DNA from: an uncultured bacterium
GTDB taxonomy: Bacteria > Oederibacteriota > JAAXVQ01 > JAUVAV01
Direction of reading: 5' to 3'
NCBI GenBank assembly: GCA_963710755.1
Contig: CAVQBK010000005.1
Location: 64,001 to 128,000 of the forward strand
DNA: 64,000 nt
Within the stretch, counting starts at the first letter, position 1. The number at the start of each line of letters is the position of its first letter. The translations under genes were made by a program, and so were the position numbers. Under the pieces are notes generated by a model, which did not search any database, was not told where the DNA came from, and worked only from the letters and a program-made list of their open reading frames with translations. Below, piece by piece: positions 41,153-50,745 of this stretch.

Positions 41153-41187
41153 AAAACCCTGAGTCCTCCGGGATTCAGGGTTTTTTT
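41153..41187. terminator. Bidirectional terminator between convergent rpmB and ridA
   Basis: AAAACCCTGAGTCC-TCCG-GGATTCAGGGTTTTTTT. Confidence 0.75.
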
Positions 41188-41555
41188 ATGGCCCAAGCTT
41201 CGATCTCGACCTTGGCGCCGGCCGGCAAGGCGCTTACCTGCACGGCCGCCCGCGCGGGATAGGGCTCCTTGAAAAAACGTTGATACACTTCATTGACCAC
41301 CGCAAATTGGGTAAGATCAGTCATAAACACCGTGGTTTTGACCACATGATTTAAGCCCAGCCCTGCGGCCTGCAGCACGGCACTGAGGTTTTGCAGCACT
41401 TGTTCCACCTGCTGTTTGAAATTACCGTCGACTATTTTCCCAAGTTTGGGATCGATCGGCACCTGGCCGGAACAAATTACCCACTCCCCCGCCCTCACGG
41501 CCTGAGAATAGGCCCCTATCGGCGCCGGGGCGTCAGTGCTCAGAATAATGTCCAT
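41175..41555 (-). CDS. ridA: RidA/YjgF enamine deaminase
   Basis: APAPIGAYSQAV, SGQVP, YPARAAVQVSALP, VEIEA. Confidence 0.93.
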   Translation of the reverse strand: MDIILSTDAPAPIGAYSQAVRAGEWVICSGQVPIDPKLGKIVDGNFKQQVEQVLQNLSAVLQAAGLGLNHVVKTTVFMTDLTQFAVVNEVYQRFFKEPYPARAAVQVSALPAGAKVEIEAWAIKKP

Positions 41556-41630
41556 GATGTACCCCTCTTATTAATCATAATAGTTATGTCAATCATGCCC
41601 CCTCTTGATGAACAGCTATGATACCGTAAA

Positions 41631-41963
41631 TTACCGGCGGCTGGCAAAGGTTTTTAGCGACTCGACTTTGGCAAATTTGCCCCTACCGGTAAGGAGATTA
41701 TGAGAAAGGGACGCCCTGGGCTGCTTTTTCGGGCCTTCAGGTCTGGATATATCAGTTGGTGCCAGCCACGGGAATCCATATTTAAAACCAAGGGTTTTTA
41801 TCCCCTCACTGTGCAACCGGTAATATCTGCAGGACCATAATTCAACGAAAACGGACCGCGACCATTCGGAAAAAAACTGGCAGATGATGCTTGCTGGCCT
41901 GAAAAAGTTGCTGGAGAGCTGATGGTTAAAAAAGGTCTTGGAAACTATTTTATGTTGCGGCAT
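41631..41963 (-). CDS. Possible small basic hypothetical protein downstream of the giant gene
   Basis: Open frame from ATG 41963 filling the spacer; no recognisable motif or clear RBS. Confidence 0.25.
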   Translation of the reverse strand: MPQHKIVSKTFFNHQLSSNFFRPASIICQFFSEWSRSVFVELWSCRYYRLHSEGIKTLGFKYGFPWLAPTDISRPEGPKKQPRASLSHNLLTGRGKFAKVESLKTFASRR

Positions 41964-42013
41964 ATTGGTTAAGTTAAAGTATTTTATAGTCAGTTGCCGG
42001 ACACCAATCAAAG

Positions 42014-45000
42014 TTAAGCCGATGATCGCAGGCGCTGAAGCCAATGGAGGGGCCGGCTTCTCTTTGGTTCTGAATCGTCAATGATTTCCAATTGGTAGAG
42101 TTGTTGGATGATCAACTGTTGCTTGGGTTGTCCCATGGGCATGGGGATGACTAATGTTGGGCCGTTTTTAAGCCTTACTTTTCTCTTGGGTAGTTGCCAA
42201 GAGGATAATTTACTAATTAAGCCCAAACGTGCCGCTACGGCCGGTTCATCCAATTGTTCCACGTTTGAATCGAGCAACAGGCATTGATAAATATCAAATA
42301 ACAGTTGTGATGGCGGCTTCTTTTCCCCTCTCGGGTTGTTAAAAACCGTCTTTAATGCCTTATCAGCTGCTTGCACACGATTTAAATCATCCGACAGTTG
42401 GAATGACCGGACTATCCGCCGCCATCTTGGTTGCGGCTGTCCCAGCCAGGCATATAAGGTCTCCAGGCCACGGTCAAATAAGGTTGGCGCAAACCGCTGC
42501 TGGGCGCTTTTTAAAATGACCCATGCCAGCCATTGGCCTGTATGATAATGAATGAACCGGCCCATGATGGTATGCTGGTTGGTTGTGTTAACATATAATC
42601 CCGCCACGGATTGGGGCAAATAAATTGCCGGCCGGCCATGGGGTTGATACCGGCCCAAAAACAATTTGATGACAAATCCAAACAGATTGATCGTTTCGTA
42701 GTGGACAGTGTATTGTTGTGTTTTTCTTCCCGGCAATGATGCAAACGCCGCGGCGCCATGACGGAAATAATTAACCATTTCGCGGTCGATCAAAGCATTT
42801 AATTGCGGATGGTTCTCCAATGATTCAGCCGTGACAAAAGCTTTGTTGACAATCATCAACCATGCCGTTCTTGCCAAGTTAAGAAGATTTTTCGACATCG
42901 TGTTTTTCCGCAGCCCCGCGCGAAGAGAGGTATTGAAGCCGGGTTTTACTGAACTCAACTTCAAATCACGCGCCACCTCAAAGTCATGATGCCGGTTTTT
43001 CCAGTTGATCATTTCATGGATTCGATACGCCAAGGGAACGGCCAATACCAGGGGGCCCAAATGAGCGAATGCAATACCAAGGAAGATCCTCCAGGCTGCC
43101 CGGAGATTTTCTCTTGGTGTATTATTTTCAACGGGTGCGCCTTGATTAAACATTCTGCCGACATAGCCCTTCAGCCAATTGGGATTGCCGTGGCTTCCCA
43201 CAAAAAACGCCAACCAGCTCACCAGGCCAATGCTTTTGATCCATCCGAATTTAAATCCTGTTAACTCTTTTCCGGCATTCATCAGCATAGAATAATCACC
43301 GGAACTCACGCCCCAGATCAGCGTACCTACGCCAAACATCGCGATCATATATATAATTATTTTCCAAAGGTAGCGGTTCTCCAGGGCATGGGCCTTGTTT
43401 TGATAGTCTTCCCAGCTCAGTGGCGTATGAAAATAATTGTGAATGGTATACCAGAGGCGGGAGGCACCTTGCCCGGTCGAAACAGGCGGGATAGACAGAT
43501 TTAAATCTGCCCGAAAACCATCTGGTATAGGATAGTTAGCACCCGCGATCCCCTCTTTCTCAAATCTTATCTCAAATCCATCACGTTCAATAATGCCTCT
43601 GGCGGCATTCAAATCCGCTTGAGGCACCAAGAGCTCAGGATCATAGTGAAAAACAAATCCCCTATGATTATCTCCTGTAACATATAGATTGTTAAAAATT
43701 CGTATGCTTGGGTAGTCGGCTAGTTTCATAGCCAATCGCTGCAAATCATCTTCATCCGGCAAACCGCCTATCTTCACCAGCCGGACGCCTTCATTTATAA
43801 GTAGCCGTTCTTTTTTTCCCCAGTCAGGTATAGTGGTATCAGCAAATACCCTTATATCCTCATCAACCAAATTTTCCGACCGCCCTAAGGTACGTCCAAT
43901 GGCCTTCAAGCTTTTTTGATCTTTAAAATCTTTCCTAAGTAGTAATTGTAGATATACATTTCGCAACAATTCATGAGCAAAGTGAAGGTAAACGATATTT
44001 TCCCGTTTAGGATGAGTACCAGGCTCGAGCCGCAAGCTGCGTATGGCCTCTGCCAACTTAACGCCTTGTCGGGGATCCCGGACGATGCTGTCTACACTTT
44101 CTTGAATCAACTTAAAAAGGGCGATGACATTTTTGTGCCCCACATAGCGGTAGGTTAATTGTTTTAAATCCCCCAATTTCAGGTCGGCATCAAGTGGCAA
44201 GTTTTTCACATATTCTTCTCTACTTTGTTCCAATGCCTCCTCAAGTCCGGCCTTGATCTTGTCTTCATTTTGGCCCAATACCCGGGCTTTTTCCAGCAGC
44301 AACACATGAAAGACATGCTTTCGCAAGTTGGCTTTTAGGGCCTCCGCCTCATTTCCGGATCGCTTATAGTTTATAAATTCAAGATCAGCGCGCTGGTTCA
44401 GCTCCACCAGGTCTTCCAATGTTATACTGGCATTGATTTGTCCGTTGGCATTGAGATAAGGCTGTTTGATCTCATCCAGATAGGCGGGTATGTCAATATT
44501 ATAGCTGGCGTCCATAGTGGCTTTATCTTCAACCAGGTGATTGCCATTAGAACGGCCTGTGAATAGGTGATTGTCATGACCATCAAGAATAAGCTGATCG
44601 CCTTCATGGATTTCCATCCTCCCGCAATGGAGCACATGGGCTTTCAGGTCAAGCCGTGCATTAACAAGATTGATCAGCGACGGTATGCCGGCTGCACGGG
44701 TCACCACCGCTTCATGAGACGAAGCACTGCCATAGAGGGTAATTAATCCCACACGCGGAAAATCCGTAATATGACGTATGATGTCTTCACGATTTTCTTG
44801 ATTGGCCACCAGGATAACCGGACCCGCTTTGACCCATGCGCTTGCTTTTTTAATATCAAAAGCCACTTTTCCAGCCATAGCGCCCGACGTGGCGGCCAAA
44901 CCCCGCCCGGCCGGGGAAAGACCTTCCTTTGACGCCAATTTATACATCATTCTGGCAGCCCGCCGGTTTTGAAGCCGATCCAGAGCCAGCGTATATTCGC

Positions 45001-48000
45001 CGTCAGAAATTAGGCCCTGTGCCAGGGCTTGGCGATAAAAATTTAATTCCCCTTCCTGCGAAAACAAAATAGCTCTCGATGAAAACAACTGCAACTTGCC
45101 ATCCACGATGCCAAATTCCAGTTCTTGAGGAAACCTTTTGGTTCGTTCCATCACAGTTGCAACTTCAGCCAAATACTGATAGGCCTCGGGAAAAAGAGAT
45201 TTCAATGCTGTAATGGGCCGGCCCGCAACTCGTCCCGACACCAGATCCTCACCTTTGGCCTTTACCGCAAAGTTGCCGCATAGTCCCGGTTCACCTGTAT
45301 CAGGATGGCTGGTAAAGGCCACACCATAGCCTGATTGTTCATTTTTATCGGTGGGCGCGTACGTTTCAATAATGACCCCCATACCGGAATCTTGAGGAAT
45401 ATCGTGATCCGCCCGGTATTTTCTTGCGCTTGGCTTATCCCAGGAAGCCAATACTTGCTTGATCGCGGCGGCAACGGAATCCGGATTGTTTGCAATACCT
45501 GCAACAGTAAGCAGTTGTCCTGGCATGGAATACTGCGGTGAAGAACGCACAACAAAGTCATCGCCGGCTTGAATCTTAACTTTTTCGGAGAGATCAGCAA
45601 TTTTTTCCGCCACACTTCTGCTTAACACCACACCGCCCGGATAGGGGTATCGATAATCAGCAAAACCGGCAAAGCTTGCTGCTTTATTTCCGAATCGGGC
45701 CGCATCTACCGGCACCCCCAGCGGCACTATCCCCAATGCTTGTTGCATAGACCAATCTTGATCGCCAAACCATTGCTGGTCGCTCTCACTGGCCATTTGC
45801 GTTAACACATCAAGAAAAAACCGGAATCCCTCTCTGCGTACGGCTTTTCTTTTTTCCTCATTCGTTGCCTGCCTGCCAGGCACGGCAATAACAGCCTGCC
45901 CTAAACTCCGGGTATCCAGTCTTCTCCGTCGGCTTATATTTTGTATAAATAAAATACCATCTTCCCCTAAACTTAAAAACAGTGCCGCTTCATCAATATC
46001 ATCGTAGGGTCGGGCAGATAACACTTCCACGCCGAAAACCTGCAACAAATTATCTTGTTCATTACGGCTATTCCCTTGTCGGGAAAGGGTATCAAGATTG
46101 CTTAATAAGGTCCGTCTTGCTTGTTCATCCAAATCCAGCAGTTCGGTCAGATGTTCCTTAATCACGCCATCGGATAAATGCTCTTTCAGATAATGGAAAT
46201 ACCCGTTGTTTCTCACCATTACGCCGCTTGCAAGATTGTAATGAGGCAGCATATGCATACTTAATCTTCTTAAATCTTCTGCTGAAGTCACATAAGGCTT
46301 CAAGGTGCATAATCCATCACTAAAAAATTGATCTACAGCACCTCCGGCAGACACACCCAGCTCGACAAATTCAGGCCAATACGTCCAAAATGACTCACCA
46401 TAAGCCGCTTTTAATTGTTTGAGGCTGGCATATAAAAAACCGGGATGGACCTTAGTTGACAATAGATCCAATAAGCCGGAATAAAATGGTGCCCTCAATA
46501 CTTCCTTGGGCGAAAAGGCTTCGGTCGGGAAATCACTGCGATCGGGTTTTGAATCAAATAAATCTTCAATATCACCAACAGCATCCCTTCCACCTGCCAT
46601 AAACAGATGGGTTAATTTATCATCCAGATCAGCCTGATCACTTGCTTCTTCTTGCAAAAGCGCTTTGATCCTCGTTATTTCATAATGCTGTGCGAGTTCG
46701 GCTTGGCCGCGAGGATCTGCCCTAACCTTGGCGGTGTATTGTTCAAAGTGATCATACCCCACGCGTTTTAGTCTTTGGTCGCGCTTTTGTTGATCATGAT
46801 ACAAGGTATAGCTAAGGTCGCGAGTAAGCGGTTTTTCCAACAACGCCCTGGGATTATTGAAAAGATACCCTCTGTGAAATTGCCTTTGAACTCTGGCCCA
46901 TGCCTTTTCGATCACGGCGGGCTTAATGCCGGATTGCAATAAAACAGGTGTGGGAATAATGCCCTTCTGATGCAAGGTCTTGGCTCGTGCCATGATGGAT
47001 TGATTGTTTGCAAGCTGCTGATAAGGTACAAAGTACATCAAACTGTTAATGACAGCGCTATCGCATGGCGCTATGTGCAACGATTGATATAACGGAAGCC
47101 AAATCGTTTTAAATAATGCCTTGCCATCACTGTCTCCCACCGTGGCCAAGATCCGGGCAAGCTTAGGCATCCTCATTTGTAAAGTCCATATGAGACGTTT
47201 GTTTTCCCTCTGACGTTCAGAATAGGTTCTTAATTTTCCCCAGACTTGTGCGAGGAATTGACCGGATGGGTCCAATCTCAGGGCGGCTTCAGTAACCTTA
47301 TCCAAATCACCACTTTCTATAAAATTCATCACCCCGATTGCACTCTGAGGCGCCGAGGTCAACAGCCATTCATAATAAGGCATCCAGATTTTTTCAATGA
47401 GCGCCTGCTTATCCGCAGCGCCATCCAAAAGCTGCTGACCGGACATCTCAAGCTTATCAATGGCTCGGGCCAGGCCACCCAAGCCTACAAAAGCGCCTTC
47501 CCGGGGCAAAGCCGGCATCAATTCCTGTTTCAGCCATTGCCCGCTGGGATCGGATATCACAAAAGCTTCCGCAAGATCACCAATATAGCGTTTAGGTATG
47601 GATTTTTCTTTTAACCGGGATTTCCAAAAGTTGTCATACCATACTCTGCTTGAATCATGCATGGCCAATGCTTTAGCCAAGTCACCCATAGCGTCTTGGG
47701 CTCCCTCTTGGACATGGTCATCAGCACTTGCCAAACATTTATCGTATAAAGCCATCAGCTTTTTTCTGGCACCATCGGCACCCAGTTTATAAGATCCTTT
47801 GGATTCAGCCATGGCCAGGGCTAATCCTCCCAGTGCGCGGGCGGCGGCCCTTTGTGTTTGCCAGAAGTTGTCATGCAATGCTTTTTCGTAAAGCGGCAAC
47901 CATAAATCGTCCAACCAGGCGTCAGGTGAATCATGCTGTGCCAAAGCTTGGGCAACCGCCCCAAGGCTTTCTGCGGCCAATACGGTGTCAAATTTAAAAA

Positions 48001-50461
48001 CGGTCTGATAAAGCGGAAGCCATGTTGCCTGAAACCAGCTTGCATCCTGATGGGTCCTGGCCATGGCTTGAGCCAATTGGCCCAAGGCATGACCCAAAGG
48101 ATAAACTTTGTCTAGATCCCCGCTTTGAGCCCAAGCTTGCGCCACTGGCACAACCAGTTCCTGTAACAGGTCGCCGGAAGGATCTTTTTGAGCCAAAAGC
48201 ATGGCAACTTTGCCCAGATCAACAGATGCAAAATTCCCGGGCGAGTTGAGGGCACTGATAATATAACGAAGCAAATAGTTCCAAGAATCTTCGGCATCAT
48301 CAATATCCAGCAAACCATGCATTGTCTGGCGATCAATATGTAATTGCGCCATGGGTACGAGGGTATTCCATTTCTTATGGACCCGGACTGCAGATTGTTC
48401 ATAGGCTGACTTGAGTTTCTCAAAGAACGATGCCGGTTTATAATAAACCATCGCCAACCCCATGGTTGCGGCCAGACCTTGAAAAACCACTTCCCAATGG
48501 CCCAAAATCATTGCCAGAGCCTGCAATGCCGCCATCACGGCAAGCGGCATCAGGCTGAACATTAATCCCAATCCAATCACTCTTAAGGGATATTGATACC
48601 ATCGCGTATAGACATGCTTTTCAAACAGAAAAGTCAATGGTGTTCTGATAATTTCAAAAGGTTTTTCGACGTAAGGCGAAATATGAATTCCTTCCCATAT
48701 CTCTATTTGCCTTTCTTTTGTTTCCTTAATGGCCTGTAGGGTTTGCTTGACTTGCTTCCATCCCATCTCCTCAAACACCATAAACCCAACATCATCAATA
48801 CCCTTAAACCGCCCATACTTCTTAGCCTTACTTGAAAATAACCGCTTGTCGGCAATGACCACCGGCAGATTTTTACCCTCGCATGTCCTGGCCAGGTAAA
48901 CCTCACCATCCTCCGAGGGGGCGATGCGAAAGTCCTTCAACCCTTCCGGCGTCATGGATTCCATTTCAACTATTTTTTGATGATCAGTTATATAGGCCAT
49001 TAGTTGCCTATGTTTTTCCGGCGGCAGCTTGTTCAACAAGGCCTCTGCCAAGGCGCCTAAAGTGATGCCCACAGCGGACGCATAATAAGGCGTCTGCGGC
49101 CAGGAGCGGATGGCCAGGGTGGTCTGGTTTTTAGCCAGTAATTCTTCAATGGGCAAAAGTTTGCCCTGAAGCAGGGAAAAATAAGGATTAACCATATCCT
49201 GTTTGGTCATTTTGGGTTGGATGGCGATAACGCCTATGCCCCGGCTTTTGAGTTCCTGAAAAACAGTGTCCGTATGAAAACCGCCGGTGATCATGACGGC
49301 CAGACTTTTCTTTTTTTCTGTCATGCTATTTAAAAGATTGACGACAAAATGCCGGCTGCGCTGATCGGCCAGGTCATAAAATGTTTTAACTTGTTGCAGA
49401 TAATGGTCAAGGCCAATGAGTTCATTCCCCAACCGGGATAATCGTTCCAATTGCAGCGACTTAACATGTTGAGCTCCCACGCCAAGGATAAATTGTATAA
49501 ATCCCGCAACTTGATATTTATCATTGTTTTTTCTGAAATCTTCAACTTCTTTTTGATCAGCGGAAATATTGAGGAGTTTTTCAATGATATCCAGCCGGCG
49601 ATAAGTTTGATCAAACGTGCGTTGTTGCTCGTTGCCATACAAGCCTTGGCGCAGGCGTTGATCCAAATGATCGAGTTCTTTAAACAAAGCCTCCACATTG
49701 ACCTCATGGCCGGATGGATTCTTGAGATACCGATTAAGTTGCGGAAATGATTGAATAAGAATGCCTTGATGAGACGCTTGTTTTTTTAATTGTTTGGCAT
49801 AGCCCAGCACATCCAATTTGCCATTGCGGTAATCAGTACGCGATTGATCAAAGGTCGACAAGGCCGGAGAATAGACATAAGCTTTTAGGCTGTCCATGGC
49901 CTCCCGCAAATCCATGCAATAGCCCATGCTCTCACTGTTTAAAAAACTTCTGACTATTTGCTCGCTGGCATCATACAGAGCCGGGGTCTCAATGCCCATC
50001 AGGTCTATCTTGCGTTCGCCGGTGGCTGCGTAAAATTCCGCGCCCGTGAGTTTTCCCTGTCTTAAGAAATCACCACTCACCTCTTGCCTGATTTTTCCAA
50101 TGGGAAAACTGCGCATTTGGCTGGTATCCACCGTCCCGTTTGCGCCTTCTTCGCCCACCAGGTTAAGACCATGGTTTTTGACAAAGTACTGAATTATCCC
50201 CGCAATTTTTTTTTGCACTTCATAATGACAATGGAGATCTTGAATGAGAATAATAGTTTTATTGCGGCCTTGAAAGCATTGAGTAATACGGCCCATCTGT
50301 TTAGGCAGGAAGAATGATTTCCCGGCGTCATGGATTATTGGTTGATGATCAGCAAGCAACCCGCCATCAAATGCCCAGCTAATATGTGGCAGCAATAGGA
50401 GGATCGCCATCAACACGATTAGATTTTTACAGTATGTGGATCCGGGCTGGAAGGGTTTCAT
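42014..50461 (-). CDS. Giant (2815 aa) multidomain exported/membrane protein with a PPDK-like dikinase module
   Basis: Signal peptide; QDLH/EEG/GIE/GGFH N-terminal domain; two TM clusters; HEAT-like repeats; PPDK ATP-grasp and phospho-His (SSHEAVVTRAAGIP) domains. Confidence 0.88.
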   Translation of the reverse strand: MKPFQPGSTYCKNLIVLMAILLLLPHISWAFDGGLLADHQPIIHDAGKSFFLPKQMGRITQCFQGRNKTIILIQDLHCHYEVQKKIAGIIQYFVKNHGLNLVGEEGANGTVDTSQMRSFPIGKIRQEVSGDFLRQGKLTGAEFYAATGERKIDLMGIETPALYDASEQIVRSFLNSESMGYCMDLREAMDSLKAYVYSPALSTFDQSRTDYRNGKLDVLGYAKQLKKQASHQGILIQSFPQLNRYLKNPSGHEVNVEALFKELDHLDQRLRQGLYGNEQQRTFDQTYRRLDIIEKLLNISADQKEVEDFRKNNDKYQVAGFIQFILGVGAQHVKSLQLERLSRLGNELIGLDHYLQQVKTFYDLADQRSRHFVVNLLNSMTEKKKSLAVMITGGFHTDTVFQELKSRGIGVIAIQPKMTKQDMVNPYFSLLQGKLLPIEELLAKNQTTLAIRSWPQTPYYASAVGITLGALAEALLNKLPPEKHRQLMAYITDHQKIVEMESMTPEGLKDFRIAPSEDGEVYLARTCEGKNLPVVIADKRLFSSKAKKYGRFKGIDDVGFMVFEEMGWKQVKQTLQAIKETKERQIEIWEGIHISPYVEKPFEIIRTPLTFLFEKHVYTRWYQYPLRVIGLGLMFSLMPLAVMAALQALAMILGHWEVVFQGLAATMGLAMVYYKPASFFEKLKSAYEQSAVRVHKKWNTLVPMAQLHIDRQTMHGLLDIDDAEDSWNYLLRYIISALNSPGNFASVDLGKVAMLLAQKDPSGDLLQELVVPVAQAWAQSGDLDKVYPLGHALGQLAQAMARTHQDASWFQATWLPLYQTVFKFDTVLAAESLGAVAQALAQHDSPDAWLDDLWLPLYEKALHDNFWQTQRAAARALGGLALAMAESKGSYKLGADGARKKLMALYDKCLASADDHVQEGAQDAMGDLAKALAMHDSSRVWYDNFWKSRLKEKSIPKRYIGDLAEAFVISDPSGQWLKQELMPALPREGAFVGLGGLARAIDKLEMSGQQLLDGAADKQALIEKIWMPYYEWLLTSAPQSAIGVMNFIESGDLDKVTEAALRLDPSGQFLAQVWGKLRTYSERQRENKRLIWTLQMRMPKLARILATVGDSDGKALFKTIWLPLYQSLHIAPCDSAVINSLMYFVPYQQLANNQSIMARAKTLHQKGIIPTPVLLQSGIKPAVIEKAWARVQRQFHRGYLFNNPRALLEKPLTRDLSYTLYHDQQKRDQRLKRVGYDHFEQYTAKVRADPRGQAELAQHYEITRIKALLQEEASDQADLDDKLTHLFMAGGRDAVGDIEDLFDSKPDRSDFPTEAFSPKEVLRAPFYSGLLDLLSTKVHPGFLYASLKQLKAAYGESFWTYWPEFVELGVSAGGAVDQFFSDGLCTLKPYVTSAEDLRRLSMHMLPHYNLASGVMVRNNGYFHYLKEHLSDGVIKEHLTELLDLDEQARRTLLSNLDTLSRQGNSRNEQDNLLQVFGVEVLSARPYDDIDEAALFLSLGEDGILFIQNISRRRRLDTRSLGQAVIAVPGRQATNEEKRKAVRREGFRFFLDVLTQMASESDQQWFGDQDWSMQQALGIVPLGVPVDAARFGNKAASFAGFADYRYPYPGGVVLSRSVAEKIADLSEKVKIQAGDDFVVRSSPQYSMPGQLLTVAGIANNPDSVAAAIKQVLASWDKPSARKYRADHDIPQDSGMGVIIETYAPTDKNEQSGYGVAFTSHPDTGEPGLCGNFAVKAKGEDLVSGRVAGRPITALKSLFPEAYQYLAEVATVMERTKRFPQELEFGIVDGKLQLFSSRAILFSQEGELNFYRQALAQGLISDGEYTLALDRLQNRRAARMMYKLASKEGLSPAGRGLAATSGAMAGKVAFDIKKASAWVKAGPVILVANQENREDIIRHITDFPRVGLITLYGSASSHEAVVTRAAGIPSLINLVNARLDLKAHVLHCGRMEIHEGDQLILDGHDNHLFTGRSNGNHLVEDKATMDASYNIDIPAYLDEIKQPYLNANGQINASITLEDLVELNQRADLEFINYKRSGNEAEALKANLRKHVFHVLLLEKARVLGQNEDKIKAGLEEALEQSREEYVKNLPLDADLKLGDLKQLTYRYVGHKNVIALFKLIQESVDSIVRDPRQGVKLAEAIRSLRLEPGTHPKRENIVYLHFAHELLRNVYLQLLLRKDFKDQKSLKAIGRTLGRSENLVDEDIRVFADTTIPDWGKKERLLINEGVRLVKIGGLPDEDDLQRLAMKLADYPSIRIFNNLYVTGDNHRGFVFHYDPELLVPQADLNAARGIIERDGFEIRFEKEGIAGANYPIPDGFRADLNLSIPPVSTGQGASRLWYTIHNYFHTPLSWEDYQNKAHALENRYLWKIIIYMIAMFGVGTLIWGVSSGDYSMLMNAGKELTGFKFGWIKSIGLVSWLAFFVGSHGNPNWLKGYVGRMFNQGAPVENNTPRENLRAAWRIFLGIAFAHLGPLVLAVPLAYRIHEMINWKNRHHDFEVARDLKLSSVKPGFNTSLRAGLRKNTMSKNLLNLARTAWLMIVNKAFVTAESLENHPQLNALIDREMVNYFRHGAAAFASLPGRKTQQYTVHYETINLFGFVIKLFLGRYQPHGRPAIYLPQSVAGLYVNTTNQHTIMGRFIHYHTGQWLAWVILKSAQQRFAPTLFDRGLETLYAWLGQPQPRWRRIVRSFQLSDDLNRVQAADKALKTVFNNPRGEKKPPSQLLFDIYQCLLLDSNVEQLDEPAVAARLGLISKLSSWQLPKRKVRLKNGPTLVIPMPMGQPKQQLIIQQLYQLEIIDDSEPKRSRPLHWLQRLRSSA
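49453..49480. repeat. 28-bp REP-like palindrome in frame inside the giant gene
   Basis: GTGGGAGCTCAACATGTTAAGTCGCTGC (minus strand), similar to intergenic 63400-63427. Confidence 0.55.
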
Positions 50462-50745
50462 TACTTTTCCTTTATTTTATGCGGGTATTATACCCCTTCC
50501 GGAGTATCCAAAGAAATTTTATACCGTCGGACTTTTCCTTTATTTCCATCTATAACATATGTGCATATATTTATATCGGCTTATTAATCTCAATGCAATG
50601 TAATGTCTGCTAATTTAAAATTTAGTCAATAGTTGCTGAGACAGGTGTTTCACGATTAATCATTTAAAGGGTTGGATTTTTATAGTGCTGGAAAAAAGTC
50701 TATTTTTAGTGAAAAAGTGGCTGGGTAGATTCAAGTTTCGATATT

